From Bacilli bacterium (lineage in GTDB: Bacteria > Bacillota_I > Bacilli_A > ML615J-28 > CAG-313), in NCBI GenBank assembly GCA_045119035.1, contig JBGVCU010000036.1, positions 9,060 through 73,059 of the forward strand: 64,000 nucleotides of DNA. The letters run 5' to 3'. Made by a program: the position numbers and the translations under genes. The notes under the pieces were generated by a model. It made no database searches. It saw only the letters and a program-made list of their open reading frames with translations, and was not told the DNA's origin. Below, in pieces: positions 40,307 to 50,720 of the stretch. How positions within the stretch are numbered: position 1 is the first letter of the stretch; the number at the start of each line of letters is the position of its first letter.

Positions 40307-40404
40307 TAAAATAACATTATTTTATCAAATCTATTGACAATGTAACAATGTTACGCTATAATATTAGTGTAAATTAAATATCATATTAAAAATGAGGTGA
40401 TTAT

Positions 40405-40974
40405 ATGATATCTAAAAAAGAATTGCTCAAAGAAATGAATATTTCATATGGACAACTTTATAGATGGAAAAGAGAAGGATTAATACCTGATGAATGGTTT
40501 ATTAAACAAAGTGTATCAACAGGTCAAGAAACTTACTTTAAAAAAGATCTTATATTGCCTAGAATAAAGAAGATCTTAGAACTTAAAGATCAGTTTCAAT
40601 TAGATCAATTAAAAGATTTCTTTAATTCAGATAGTGAAAAATTCAAGTATAATATTAGAGATATTATAATGATAGAAGAGATTGATCCATTTATATTAAA
40701 AAGTTATTCAAAAAATAAAGAACAATTAGATTTAATTGATGTAATTTTGATTTATATATTTTCAACTAATCAAGATATAATAGATTATAGTAATTATATT
40801 GAACATAATATTTCTCAAAATATAACATTAAATGATATTTTTTATATTATTGAATCAAATGGTATAAATAATATTTTAATTGTAAATCAAAATTCATTTA
40901 TTGATCATAATCTAAAGATCATTAAAAAAATTAATTTAGATGATGTTGCTAGCATTATAGCAAAGACTTTATAG
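40405..40974 (+). CDS. YhbD-like protein with MerR-like N-terminal HTH (DUF4004-like)
   Basis: N-terminus ISKKELLKEMNISYGQLYRWKREGLIPDEWFIK resembles the conserved start of Bacillus YhbD-family proteins. Assignment from memory and synteny with the downstream bactofilin. Confidence 0.4.
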   Translation: MISKKELLKEMNISYGQLYRWKREGLIPDEWFIKQSVSTGQETYFKKDLILPRIKKILELKDQFQLDQLKDFFNSDSEKFKYNIRDIIMIEEIDPFILKSYSKNKEQLDLIDVILIYIFSTNQDIIDYSNYIEHNISQNITLNDIFYIIESNGINNILIVNQNSFIDHNLKIIKKINLDDVASIIAKTL

Positions 40975-40985
40975 GAGGAATTTAT

Positions 40986-41543
40986 ATGGAAAATTGTAAT
41001 ATAACAGGCATTGGAACAATTAATGGTGGTGATTACGATTGTTTGAAAATATCTGGTGCATGTAGTTGCAAAGATGAAATTACAGCGAAAGATATTAAAG
41101 TATCTGGTACAGCAAATTTTAAGAAAAATGTAAAAGCCGATTCTATAAAGATTTCTGGTGCAGCAAGTTTTAATCAAGATATTAAATGTAAAACATTCCA
41201 CATTTCTGGAGCAATAAAAATTGATGGTAATTTATCTGCGGATAGTGTTACTGTTAGTGGAGCTATTCAAATTGATGGAGATTTAAATACAGATGTTTTA
41301 GTGGTGGATTCAAAAAGTTCAAAATTTAATAATATTTATGGGGATTGTATAAGTATTAAATCAAATAAAACAGAAGTGAATGAAATAGAAGCTACTAATA
41401 TTAAATTACACAATGTAAAAGCCAAAAAAGTATGCGGTGCAAATATCGAGATTTATGATTCTTCTGAAATAGAAGAAGTGGAATTCAGTGAATCATTGGT
41501 TATCCATGACACATGTATTTTAAAGAAAATAACAAAACTATAG
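40986..41543 (+). CDS. bactofilin-family cytoskeletal protein (BacE/YhbE-like)
   Basis: Tandem beta-helical repeats (DIKVSGTANFKKNVKADSIKISGAASFNQDIKCKTFHISGAIKIDGNLSADSVTVSGAIQIDGDL) typical of the bactofilin/DUF583 fold. Confidence 0.6.
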   Translation: MENCNITGIGTINGGDYDCLKISGACSCKDEITAKDIKVSGTANFKKNVKADSIKISGAASFNQDIKCKTFHISGAIKIDGNLSADSVTVSGAIQIDGDLNTDVLVVDSKSSKFNNIYGDCISIKSNKTEVNEIEATNIKLHNVKAKKVCGANIEIYDSSEIEEVEFSESLVIHDTCILKKITKL

Positions 41544-41553
41544 GAGATAAGAT

Positions 41554-41988
41554 ATGAAAATTAATATTAATATAAATAATGAAGAAAAAGAAATTGATAG
41601 TGAAGAACTTAAAAATTATTCTGATAAAAACATTTATGTTGTAAAAAATATAAATTCTAAAAAATACAAATCAAATATTATAAAAGGTAAAATTACTGGA
41701 GCAATGCCATTAATTGTTACAGCAGTTTATTTATTAATTGGATTTGTATGGGGGATTTGGCATCCTACATGGTTATTATTTTTATTAATTCCACTTGTTC
41801 CAATTGCTTTATATGGTATTGGAGATAATAAGAAAAGTGCAAATGGTATTACTACATTTATTGTTATTATTTCTTATATTATTTTAGGATTATTCGGTTA
41901 TTGGCATCCAGGTTGGTTAATATTCTTTTTAATTCCGATTGTTGCAATATTTACTGGAAACGATGACGAAGATGATGATGAAAATTAA
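41554..41988 (+). CDS. small membrane protein with internal duplication and poly-acidic C-terminus
   Basis: Two copies of G[IY]WHP[TG]WL[LI]F[LF]LIP[LI]V within hydrophobic helices. C-terminal tail is NDDEDDDEN. Confidence 0.45.
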   Translation: MKINININNEEKEIDSEELKNYSDKNIYVVKNINSKKYKSNIIKGKITGAMPLIVTAVYLLIGFVWGIWHPTWLLFLLIPLVPIALYGIGDNKKSANGITTFIVIISYIILGLFGYWHPGWLIFFLIPIVAIFTGNDDEDDDEN

Positions 41989-42016
41989 AAAGACCCTTTT
42001 GGGTCTTTTATTTTTT
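41987..42016. terminator. bidirectional terminator between the membrane-protein gene and convergent plsY
   Basis: AAAAGACCC-tttt-GGGTCTTTT with flanking A and T runs. Confidence 0.8.
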
Positions 42017-42655
42017 ATGATGTGAGTTATAAATATCAGTTACTTTTGTTTCTTGATGTTTTATAAGTCTAATGATGTTTTGTCTATGAGAATAAAATAA
42101 GAATGTAAAGGAAATAATCGCTAAAATTAGATACATTAAACTATCTAAATTATAGTTAATACATATTTGAATTATTGCGCCTATTAAAACAGCAGTTACA
42201 CTTACTAATGATGAAATTGACACTATTTTTGTTATAAGAATTGTTACTATAAAAGCAATTAATGCAAAGAAAGAATAGAACGGATTAAAGGCAATAACAA
42301 CACCTGCTGTACAAGATACACCTTTTCCACCTTTGAAGTTACAGTATATTGGAAACATGTGTCCTATGATTGCTGTAAGTCCATAGATAAGAGGATGAAA
42401 TACTTGATCTTTAATATTAAATAGATTATGTTGTACAATAATAACGATTAATGCGGCTTTTAAAGTATCTAAAATCATTACTAAAATACCCCATCTTAAC
42501 CCTAATACTCTAAAGGTATTTGTTGCTCCTAAGTTTTTACTTCCATGTTCTCTTAAGTCTAACTTTTTAACAAGTTTTCCAGTAATTAAAGCGAACGGAA
42601 TTGACCCTAAAAGGTAGGAAATAATCAATAATAAAATTGATAGATAAATGTTCAT
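42008..42655 (-). CDS. plsY: glycerol-3-phosphate acyltransferase PlsY
   Basis: Polytopic membrane protein with HGSKNLGATNTFRVLG (the GSGNxGATN motif). Confidence 0.88.
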   Translation of the reverse strand: MNIYLSILLLIISYLLGSIPFALITGKLVKKLDLREHGSKNLGATNTFRVLGLRWGILVMILDTLKAALIVIIVQHNLFNIKDQVFHPLIYGLTAIIGHMFPIYCNFKGGKGVSCTAGVVIAFNPFYSFFALIAFIVTILITKIVSISSLVSVTAVLIGAIIQICINYNLDSLMYLILAIISFTFLFYSHRQNIIRLIKHQETKVTDIYNSHHKK

Positions 42656-42862
42656 ATTAATCTCTCCTTTAGCAGTATAATTATACCAAAAATAGCGATT
42701 TTTTCAATTAAAATGCGTAAAATAATGCATTTTTTATTCAATCTTGAAAAAAATGTCGATATTTTTTGTATAAAATAAAAATGCATTTTTTGCGTTTTTT
42801 TAAAATTTATGATATAATAAATTTAGTGTTTTAAAAATTTGTTATTAAGGAGGTAAAAATCT

Positions 42863-44818
42863 ATGGCAGAAACTAAGAAACAAGTCTATGATGAGAGTAG
42901 TATTCAGATACTTGATGGGTTAGAAGCGGTACGTAGAAGACCAGGGATGTACATTGGTTCAACCGATACTCGTGGGTTACATCATTTAGTATGGGAAATC
43001 GTTGATAATGCTATTGATGAAGCTTTAGGTGGTTATGCAAAAAATATTGTTGTTAAGATTATGCCTGATAATTCCGTAGAAGTAATTGATGATGGTCGTG
43101 GTATTCCAACAGGTAAACATAAGTCTGGTGCTCCAACTCCAGAGGTTATCTTTAATACTTTACATGCCGGTGGTAAGTTTGACTCAAGCGGTGGGTATAA
43201 AGTTTCTGGGGGATTGCATGGTGTAGGTTCAAGTGTAGTTAATGCTTTAAGTGAATGGTTAGAAGTTACTATTCATCGTGATGGTAAAATTTATAATCAA
43301 AAATTCCTTCGTGGTGGTAAAGAAATTGGTAAACCTCGTTTCATCGGTAATACTCGTAGAACTGGTACTACAATTCATTTTAAACCAGATGGAAAAATTT
43401 TCTCAAGCACTATATTTGATTATAAGACTGTAGCAAATAGATTAAAAGAATCAGCCTTCATAATTAAAGGTTTAAAAATAGAATTACATGATTTAAGAGG
43501 AACAACTCCTAAAACAGAATCGTTCTATTTTGAAAATGGTATTCAAGAGTTTGTTAATACATTAACAACTGGTAAATCAGCTATTCATGAACCAACTTTC
43601 TTTAAAGGTGAAGTAAGTGGTATTTATATTGAATGTTCAATTCAATATTGTGAAAAATTTTATGGTGAAAATGTTTTATCATTTGTTAATAATATTCGTA
43701 CACGTGATGGTGGTACTCACGAAGTAGGATTTAGAGGTGGTATTACTAGAGCGGTAAACGAACATGCTAGAATGATTGGATCTTTAAAAGAAAAAGACAT
43801 AAATCTTGAAGGTACAGATATTCGTGAAGGTTTAACAGCGGTTATTTCAATTCGTGTTCCAGAACAAATTTTACAATTTGAAGGACAAACAAAAAATAAA
43901 CTAGGTACACCTGAGGCTAGATTTGCTGTTGAAACAGTAGTATCTGAGCAAATGAAATTCTTCCTTGCTGAAAAAGGTGAAATTGCTAACGTTATTATTA
44001 ATAATGCTATTAGAGCTTCTAAAGCTCGTGAAGCAGCTAGAAAAGCTAGAGATGAAGTTCGTTTAATTAAACAAGTTAAACAAAAACCTACTATGCTTCT
44101 AGGTAAGCTTACACCTTGTCAACAAAAGAATCCAGAACTCAATGAGTTATTCTTAGTCGAAGGGGATTCAGCAGGTGGTTCTGCAAAACAAGGACGTGAT
44201 AGAACATTCCAAGCTATCCTTCCTTTAAGAGGTAAAGTTGTTAATACCGAAAAAGCTAAGATTGATGAAATTTTAAAGAATGAAGAAATAATGACTATTA
44301 TTAATGCAATTGGTGCAGGATTCGGAAGTGACTTTGATGTTACTAAATCTAATTATGCGAGAATCATTATCATGACCGATGCCGATACCGATGGAGCTCA
44401 TATCCAAACATTATTACTTACTTTCTTCTTTAGATACATGACAGAACTTGTAGAAGCTGGAAAAATTTATATTGCGACTCCACCATTATATAAAGTTACT
44501 GTTAAAAATCAAATTGAATATGCATGGAGTGATGAAGAACTTCGTGAAAAAATTGGAAACCAACGTAATGTTCAAATTCAACGTTATAAAGGTTTAGGTG
44601 AAATGAATGCCGAACAACTTTGGGAAACTACAATGGATCCAGCTCGCCGTACTTTAATTCGCGTTAAAATTGGTGAATATGGTGATGCTGATTCAAGAGT
44701 TTCTGTATTAATGGGAGACGATGTTGAGCCTCGTCGTGAATGGATTGATTCAAATGTTGTATTTGATTACGATGACAATTTTATTTTAGAAGATATGGAG
44801 GCGAAAGAAAATGAGTAA
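42863..44818 (+). CDS. parE: type IIA topoisomerase ATPase subunit, most likely topoisomerase IV subunit B (ParE) rather than GyrB
   Basis: GHKL ATPase, TOPRIM ([10 protein letters not shown]) and PLRGKVLN motifs. plsY-parE-parC adjacency as in B. subtilis (yneS-parE-parC). Not near dnaA/recF. Confidence 0.7.
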   Translation: MAETKKQVYDESSIQILDGLEAVRRRPGMYIGSTDTRGLHHLVWEIVDNAIDEALGGYAKNIVVKIMPDNSVEVIDDGRGIPTGKHKSGAPTPEVIFNTLHAGGKFDSSGGYKVSGGLHGVGSSVVNALSEWLEVTIHRDGKIYNQKFLRGGKEIGKPRFIGNTRRTGTTIHFKPDGKIFSSTIFDYKTVANRLKESAFIIKGLKIELHDLRGTTPKTESFYFENGIQEFVNTLTTGKSAIHEPTFFKGEVSGIYIECSIQYCEKFYGENVLSFVNNIRTRDGGTHEVGFRGGITRAVNEHARMIGSLKEKDINLEGTDIREGLTAVISIRVPEQILQFEGQTKNKLGTPEARFAVETVVSEQMKFFLAEKGEIANVIINNAIRASKAREAARKARDEVRLIKQVKQKPTMLLGKLTPCQQKNPELNELFLVEGDSAGGSAKQGRDRTFQAILPLRGKVVNTEKAKIDEILKNEEIMTIINAIGAGFGSDFDVTKSNYARIIIMTDADTDGAHIQTLLLTFFFRYMTELVEAGKIYIATPPLYKVTVKNQIEYAWSDEELREKIGNQRNVQIQRYKGLGEMNAEQLWETTMDPARRTLIRVKIGEYGDADSRVSVLMGDDVEPRREWIDSNVVFDYDDNFILEDMEAKENE

Positions 44819-47294
44819 AAAAATATCTGAACGTATTGCATCTTTCGCAACCGAAACTTTACTTGAAGAATATTTAGAAGATATAATGGGAGATCGTTTT
44901 GGTAGATATTCAAAATATATTATCCAAGAACGTGCCTTACCAGATGTTAGAGATGGATTAAAACCAGTACAACGTCGTATTTTATATGCTATGTGGAAAT
45001 TAGGGATGTTTTCTAATAAACCATATAAAAAGTCTGCCCGTATTGTAGGGGATGTAATTGGTAAATATCATCCACATGGTGATACTGCTGTATACGAAGC
45101 AATGGTTAGAATGAGTCAAGAATGGAAAATTCGTTTACCACTTATTGATATGCATGGTAATAAGGGAAGTATCGATGGCGATTCTGCTGCTGCAATGCGT
45201 TATACAGAATCTAGACTTTCTAAATATGCCGAATTTTTACTTGAAGATTTAAATAAGCACACAGTTGGTTTTGTTCCAAACTTTGATGATGAAGAATTAG
45301 AACCAATTGTACTTCCTGCAAAATTCCCTAACCTTTTAGTTAATGGGTCATCAGGAATTTCCGCCGGTTATGCAACAGAAATACCTCCGCATAATCCAGG
45401 AGAAGTATTAGATGCATGTGTTTATTTAATTGATCATCCTGAAGCTACTGTTGATGAAATAATGCAAATTGTAAAAGGTCCAGATTTTCCAACTGGAGCT
45501 ATTGTACATGGCATTAAAGAAATTAAAGAAGCATATACTACTGGTAGAGGGAAGATTATTGTTAAAGCGAAAGCTGAAATTGAATCTAACAAATCTGAAC
45601 ATAAAATCATTATAACAGAAATTCCATATGATGTAAATAAAGCTATGATGATCAAAAAAATGAATGATCAACTTATTGCAAAAAACATTGATGGTGTTAA
45701 AATGATTCGAGATGAGTCAGATAGAGAAGGTTTAAGAATTGTAGTTGATGTTCGTAAAGATGTAAATCCGGAAACAATTTTATCTTTCTTATATAAAACA
45801 ACAGAACTTCAATCAAATTATAATTTTAATATGGTTGCTATTTCTAAAGGTAGACCATTACACATGGGAATCATTGAAATTTTAAAAGATTATATCGAAC
45901 ATCAAAAAGATGTTTTAACTAATAGATCACGCTTTGAACTTGAAAAAGCTAAAAAACGTGCTCATATTGTAGATGGTTTAATTGGAATGGTTTCTATTTT
46001 AGATGCTGTAATTGCAACAATTAAAAATTCTAAAAATAAAACTGATGCAAAAGAAAATTTAGTTAATATTTATGGTTTCACAGAAGTTCAAGCAGAAGCA
46101 ATTGTTATGTTACACTTATATCGTTTAACAAACACTGATATCTTTGAACTAAAAAAAGAACAAAAAGAATTACAACAAGAAATTAAGTCTTTAGAAAAAA
46201 TCTTACAAAGTGAAGCTTTACTTCTTAATACTATTAAAGCTGATTTCATTAGAACTAAAGAAGTTTTAGATACTCCACGTATTACTCAAATCGAAGATGA
46301 ATTTGAAGAAGTTGTAATTGAAAAAGTTGACTTAATTGCAAAAGAAGATGTTGTATTAATGATTACTCATGATGGATATTTAAAACGTCTTACTAAGAAA
46401 GCTTATGCGGCTCAAAATGAACCTACTAAGTTAAAAGAAGGTGACGTTATTACTGATATCTATAATGTAAATACAACAGATACTTTACTTCAATTTACTG
46501 ATCAAGGTAACTACATTTATTTACCAATTTATAAGATTCCTGAAGTTAAACATAAAGATTTAGGATATCATGTAAGTACTTTAATTGGTATGGAAGCAAA
46601 CGAAAGAGTTATCTTTAGTACTGTTGTAAATAATTTTAATGATGATAAATATGTTTTAATTGCAACAAAACAAGGTTTAATTAAACGTATTGCATTAAAG
46701 AATTTAGTTGTTAATAGATTTAGTAAAGCGCTAAAAGCTACTAAATTACGTGATGGCGATATTGTTGTAAGTGCTGATATTTGTACTGGTTCAGATAAAG
46801 AAGTTGTTATTGCGACTAAAGATGGATTTATGAATCGTTATAATTGTAATGAAATCAGTATTATTGAACCTGCTTCATTTGGTGTAAAAGCAATTGAACT
46901 TAAAGGACGTCCAAATGATTATGTTGTTGGTGCTAAATATATTGATGAAAAAGATATTATTTTATTACTAACTCATCGTGGTAATATTAAGAGATTTAAA
47001 CCTGAAGAAATTAATAAAGGTAAAAAGAACCATGTTGGTAAGATGTACTTAAAGATTGTAAAATCAAATATGCATGAAGGAAAGCATTTAGAAGTAATTC
47101 ATTATAAGAATGCTGGAAGTGAATTAGAAAGTTATATTTTCTGTTCAAAAGGATATGTGGATATTGATTATACTATTTTAAGAACTGCTATTGCTGACAA
47201 TGGTAAAAAGATGGTTAAAGAAGATTTAGGACAACCTAATGAAATTGTAATTTGCCATAATGATTTAGATTTAGATCCTAGTTCAAATTCATAG
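44811..47294 (+). CDS. parC: type IIA topoisomerase subunit A, most likely topoisomerase IV subunit A (ParC)
   Basis: Active-site region ..AAMRYTE.. (the catalytic Tyr is in RYTE). No GyrA-box (QRRGGKG) at the start of the C-terminal domain, which favours ParC over GyrA. Confidence 0.7.
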   Translation: MSKKISERIASFATETLLEEYLEDIMGDRFGRYSKYIIQERALPDVRDGLKPVQRRILYAMWKLGMFSNKPYKKSARIVGDVIGKYHPHGDTAVYEAMVRMSQEWKIRLPLIDMHGNKGSIDGDSAAAMRYTESRLSKYAEFLLEDLNKHTVGFVPNFDDEELEPIVLPAKFPNLLVNGSSGISAGYATEIPPHNPGEVLDACVYLIDHPEATVDEIMQIVKGPDFPTGAIVHGIKEIKEAYTTGRGKIIVKAKAEIESNKSEHKIIITEIPYDVNKAMMIKKMNDQLIAKNIDGVKMIRDESDREGLRIVVDVRKDVNPETILSFLYKTTELQSNYNFNMVAISKGRPLHMGIIEILKDYIEHQKDVLTNRSRFELEKAKKRAHIVDGLIGMVSILDAVIATIKNSKNKTDAKENLVNIYGFTEVQAEAIVMLHLYRLTNTDIFELKKEQKELQQEIKSLEKILQSEALLLNTIKADFIRTKEVLDTPRITQIEDEFEEVVIEKVDLIAKEDVVLMITHDGYLKRLTKKAYAAQNEPTKLKEGDVITDIYNVNTTDTLLQFTDQGNYIYLPIYKIPEVKHKDLGYHVSTLIGMEANERVIFSTVVNNFNDDKYVLIATKQGLIKRIALKNLVVNRFSKALKATKLRDGDIVVSADICTGSDKEVVIATKDGFMNRYNCNEISIIEPASFGVKAIELKGRPNDYVVGAKYIDEKDIILLLTHRGNIKRFKPEEINKGKKNHVGKMYLKIVKSNMHEGKHLEVIHYKNAGSELESYIFCSKGYVDIDYTILRTAIADNGKKMVKEDLGQPNEIVICHNDLDLDPSSNS

Positions 47295-47353
47295 TTTTTT
47301 AGTTGAAAAAAATTCGACAGTATGTTATAATTTTTGCTGTTGAGGTGAGGCTT

Positions 47354-49405
47354 ATGTATAAGATAGCAATTGACGGTCCAGCTGGTGCCGGTAAAAGTAC
47401 AATAGCTAAAAATTTAGCTAAAAAACTAAATATTGAATATATTGATACTGGCGCAATGTATCGTGCAATTACTTTAAAAGCAATGCGTCTGGGTATTAAT
47501 ATGGAAATTGATGAAGAATATAGTTTCTTAAAAGATACTACATTAGACTTTGTCAAAGGTCAAATTATTCTTGATGGAGAAGACGTTAGTGAAGCTATCA
47601 GAAGTGTAGAAATTACTACAAATGTTTCAACCCCATCAAAAATTGCCTGTGTAAGAGAAACACTAGTAGATTTACAAAGAAAAATTTGCGATTCAAAAAG
47701 TGTAATTATGGATGGAAGAGATATTGGTACTGTTGTATTACCAAATGCAGATCTTAAAATCTATTTAGACGCATCTGTTGAATGTCGTGCGAAACGTAGA
47801 ATGCTAGAAAGAGCTGAATCAGGTATAAATATTTCTTTAGAAGAAACTAAAGAAGAAATTATCGTCAGAGACATTAAAGATTCAACAAGAGCTATTAGCC
47901 CTTTGAAAAAAGCTGAAGATGCTGTTTTGATTGATTCTTCAAATATGTCTGTCGAAGAAGTCGTTAACACAATTATTAAATTTATTAAAGAAAGGGGCTT
48001 ATTAAGTATGAGCAATGTAAAATTTACTGAAGGTTTAGAAGTTACTGGAACTATCATCAACGTTAAGAAAGAGGCTGTTTATGTCGATCTTGGAGACGAC
48101 ATTAGAGGTGCTATTTTTGTTAACGACATTGAAGGATATGTTGAAGGACAAAGATTAATTGATAAATATAACGAAGGAGGTTCTTTAACTGCATTAGTTA
48201 AACAAGTTGCTAAAGATAAAAACTCTGGTAGACCATTTATCATTTTATCTACAAAATTATACCAACAAAGAGAAAGAATGCCTGAATTTGTTGAATTAAA
48301 AGAATCTGATGAAATTATTGATGCAAAAGTTGTAGATGTTAATAAAGGTGGAGCTGATTTAGAATATCATGATTTTAGAATCTTCTTACCTATGAAAAAT
48401 AGTTCATTATCAGAAGATGCTTTAAGAGCATTACGCGGAGAAACTATTAAAGTAGTTATTTCTTCTGTTTATACTGATAATTTAAAAGTTATCGCTTCTC
48501 AAGTTAATGCTGAAAGAAAAATCCGCCGTGCAGAAAAAGAAGCTGCTCTTGGTGCTTTAGCAAATGTAGATGTTGTAACTGGTACAGTTGAAAAAGTTTT
48601 AGATTTTGGTGCTATTATTAATTTAGGTGTAGTATCTGGATTATTACATCAAAATGAAATTGATCATAAACGTGTAAGAGTTGCAGATGTATTAAAAGTT
48701 GGAGATAGCGTTAATGTTAAAGTTTTAAGTGTTGATGGAGAAAAAATCTCTTTATCAATGAAAGCTTTAAAAGCTCATCCATGGGATGTATTAAAAGAAC
48801 AATATCATGTTGGTGATGTATTCGAAGGAACAGTTGAAAAAGTTATTCCTGCTGGATTAATCATCAAATTAACTGATGAATATAATGGATTAATGCCAAA
48901 TGTTGAATATTCTTGGTTCACTAATAAACGTGTTAGTGATAACGTTCAAGAAGGAGATACTATTAATGTTAAAGTTGTAGCTATCAATGATGAAAAGAAA
49001 CGTGTAAGTTTATCTCACCGTCAAACTTTAGAAAACACTTGGGCTAACATTAAATTACGTCGTGGAGAAACTATTACTGTAACTATTTCTTCAAGTGAAG
49101 AAAAAGGTGCAAAAGTTCAATACGAAAACGTTGAAGGATTCTTACCTTTAAGCGAAGTATCTAATACTAAACGCATTTCTAAAATTGAAGAAGCTTACGA
49201 AATTGGTTCACAAGTAGATGTTAACGTTATGGAATGTGATCCATTAAGAGCAAAACTTGTTGTAAGTATTAAAAACTTAGAAAATGCTAAAGAAAGAAAA
49301 ACTTTCGATGATTATAAAGCAAAAGAAGCAGATGAAACTCCAACATCGACTATTGGAGATTTATTAGGAAACGCATTTGCTGATTTCTTAAAAGGATCAA
49401 AATAA
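47354..49405 (+). CDS. cmk: cytidylate kinase fused in-frame to a ribosomal protein S1-like protein (4 S1 domains)
   Basis: N-terminal about 220 aa is Cmk (IAIDGPAGAGKST...DGRDIGTVV). The rest consists of repeated S1 OB-fold domains. No stop codon between the two parts. Possible internal start MSNVKF at about 48008. The start at 47354 carries a GAGGTGAGG RBS. Confidence 0.8.
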   Translation: MYKIAIDGPAGAGKSTIAKNLAKKLNIEYIDTGAMYRAITLKAMRLGINMEIDEEYSFLKDTTLDFVKGQIILDGEDVSEAIRSVEITTNVSTPSKIACVRETLVDLQRKICDSKSVIMDGRDIGTVVLPNADLKIYLDASVECRAKRRMLERAESGINISLEETKEEIIVRDIKDSTRAISPLKKAEDAVLIDSSNMSVEEVVNTIIKFIKERGLLSMSNVKFTEGLEVTGTIINVKKEAVYVDLGDDIRGAIFVNDIEGYVEGQRLIDKYNEGGSLTALVKQVAKDKNSGRPFIILSTKLYQQRERMPEFVELKESDEIIDAKVVDVNKGGADLEYHDFRIFLPMKNSSLSEDALRALRGETIKVVISSVYTDNLKVIASQVNAERKIRRAEKEAALGALANVDVVTGTVEKVLDFGAIINLGVVSGLLHQNEIDHKRVRVADVLKVGDSVNVKVLSVDGEKISLSMKALKAHPWDVLKEQYHVGDVFEGTVEKVIPAGLIIKLTDEYNGLMPNVEYSWFTNKRVSDNVQEGDTINVKVVAINDEKKRVSLSHRQTLENTWANIKLRRGETITVTISSSEEKGAKVQYENVEGFLPLSEVSNTKRISKIEEAYEIGSQVDVNVMECDPLRAKLVVSIKNLENAKERKTFDDYKAKEADETPTSTIGDLLGNAFADFLKGSK

Positions 49406-49409
49406 TAAT

Positions 49410-50720
49410 ATGACAAGAGGTATCGTTGCTATCGTTGGACGACCTAATGTCGGAAAATCTAGTCTATTCAATCGATTAGCAGGCGATAAACTAGCCATAA
49501 CAGATGATTTAAGCGGTGTCACTAGAGACCGCTTATATTCAAAATGTGAGTGGTTAGATCAAAAATTCAATTTAATTGATACTGGAGGGATTGAACTTTC
49601 TGATTTACCATTTATGGAAGAAATCAAAGCTCAAGCTCAACTTGCAATCGATGAAGCAGATGTAATAGTTTTCGTAGTCGATGGACGTGTTGGTCTTACA
49701 ACGGATGATCAAAATGTAATGAATATATTACATCGTTCTAATAAACCAGTAATTGTTGCAGCAAATAAAATTGATGATATTAAATTTATTGATAATGTTT
49801 ATGATTTTTATAATTTAGGAGTAGAATATGTTTTCCCAGTATCTGCACTTCATGGAGCTGGTGTTGGGGATTTACTTGATACAATAGTATCATTACTACC
49901 TAAAAAAAATCTAAAACAATATGAGGGTACGTTAGAATTTTGTTTAATTGGACAACCAAATGTTGGTAAAAGTTCATTAACTAATGCTATTTTAGGAACT
50001 GAAAGGGTTATTGTTTCAGATATTCCTGGTACTACAAGAGATGCAATTGATACACCATTTACTCGTGATGGTGAAAATTATGTTGTTATTGATACTGCTG
50101 GTATTAGAAAACAAGGTAAAATTTATGAAAATGCTGAAAAATATAGCGTGCTACGTGCAATTAAAGCAATTGAACGTTCTAGCGTTGTATTAATGGTTCT
50201 TGATGGAACAAAACCAATTGAAGAACACGATAAAAGAATTGCAGGATATGCAGCAGAACATAATAAAGCCGTTATTATTGTAGTTAATAAATGGGATGCT
50301 GTTGAAAAAGATGAAAAGTCTATGAACTTATTTATTAAGAATATCAGAAGCCATTTCTTATTCTTAAGTTATGCGCCTATTGTCTTTGTTTCTGCTTTAA
50401 AAAATGAAAGAATCCATACATTATTTGAACAAATTAAAATAGCTTATGAAAACTATAACAGACGTTTACAAACAAGTGTTGTTACTGATGTTATAATGGA
50501 TGCTAACCTTTTAAATCCTGCACCTGAGGTTAAAGGTACAAGACTTAAGGTTTATTATACAACACAAGTTGCTTCTTGTCCGCCTACATTTGTTTTATTT
50601 GTTAATGAACCAAATGCTATGCATTTTTCATATGAACGTTATTTAGAAAATAAATTACGTGAAAACTTTATGTTAGAAGGAACTCCCGTTAAACTAATTT
50701 TAAGAAAGAAAGAAGAATAA
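49410..50720 (+). CDS. der: ribosome biogenesis GTPase Der (EngA), tandem GTPase domains + KH-like
   Basis: Two G1 motifs (GRPNVGKSS, GQPNVGKSS), 436 aa. Confidence 0.92.
   Translation: MTRGIVAIVGRPNVGKSSLFNRLAGDKLAITDDLSGVTRDRLYSKCEWLDQKFNLIDTGGIELSDLPFMEEIKAQAQLAIDEADVIVFVVDGRVGLTTDDQNVMNILHRSNKPVIVAANKIDDIKFIDNVYDFYNLGVEYVFPVSALHGAGVGDLLDTIVSLLPKKNLKQYEGTLEFCLIGQPNVGKSSLTNAILGTERVIVSDIPGTTRDAIDTPFTRDGENYVVIDTAGIRKQGKIYENAEKYSVLRAIKAIERSSVVLMVLDGTKPIEEHDKRIAGYAAEHNKAVIIVVNKWDAVEKDEKSMNLFIKNIRSHFLFLSYAPIVFVSALKNERIHTLFEQIKIAYENYNRRLQTSVVTDVIMDANLLNPAPEVKGTRLKVYYTTQVASCPPTFVLFVNEPNAMHFSYERYLENKLRENFMLEGTPVKLILRKKEE

Noticed and set aside
42863-47294. Initial call of DNA gyrase gyrB/gyrA
   Set aside because: Synteny with plsY and the absence of a GyrA-box favour topoisomerase IV (parE/parC).
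47299-47556. 85-aa minus-strand ORF overlapping the cmk start
   Set aside because: Antisense to the Cmk P-loop region. No RBS. Spurious.
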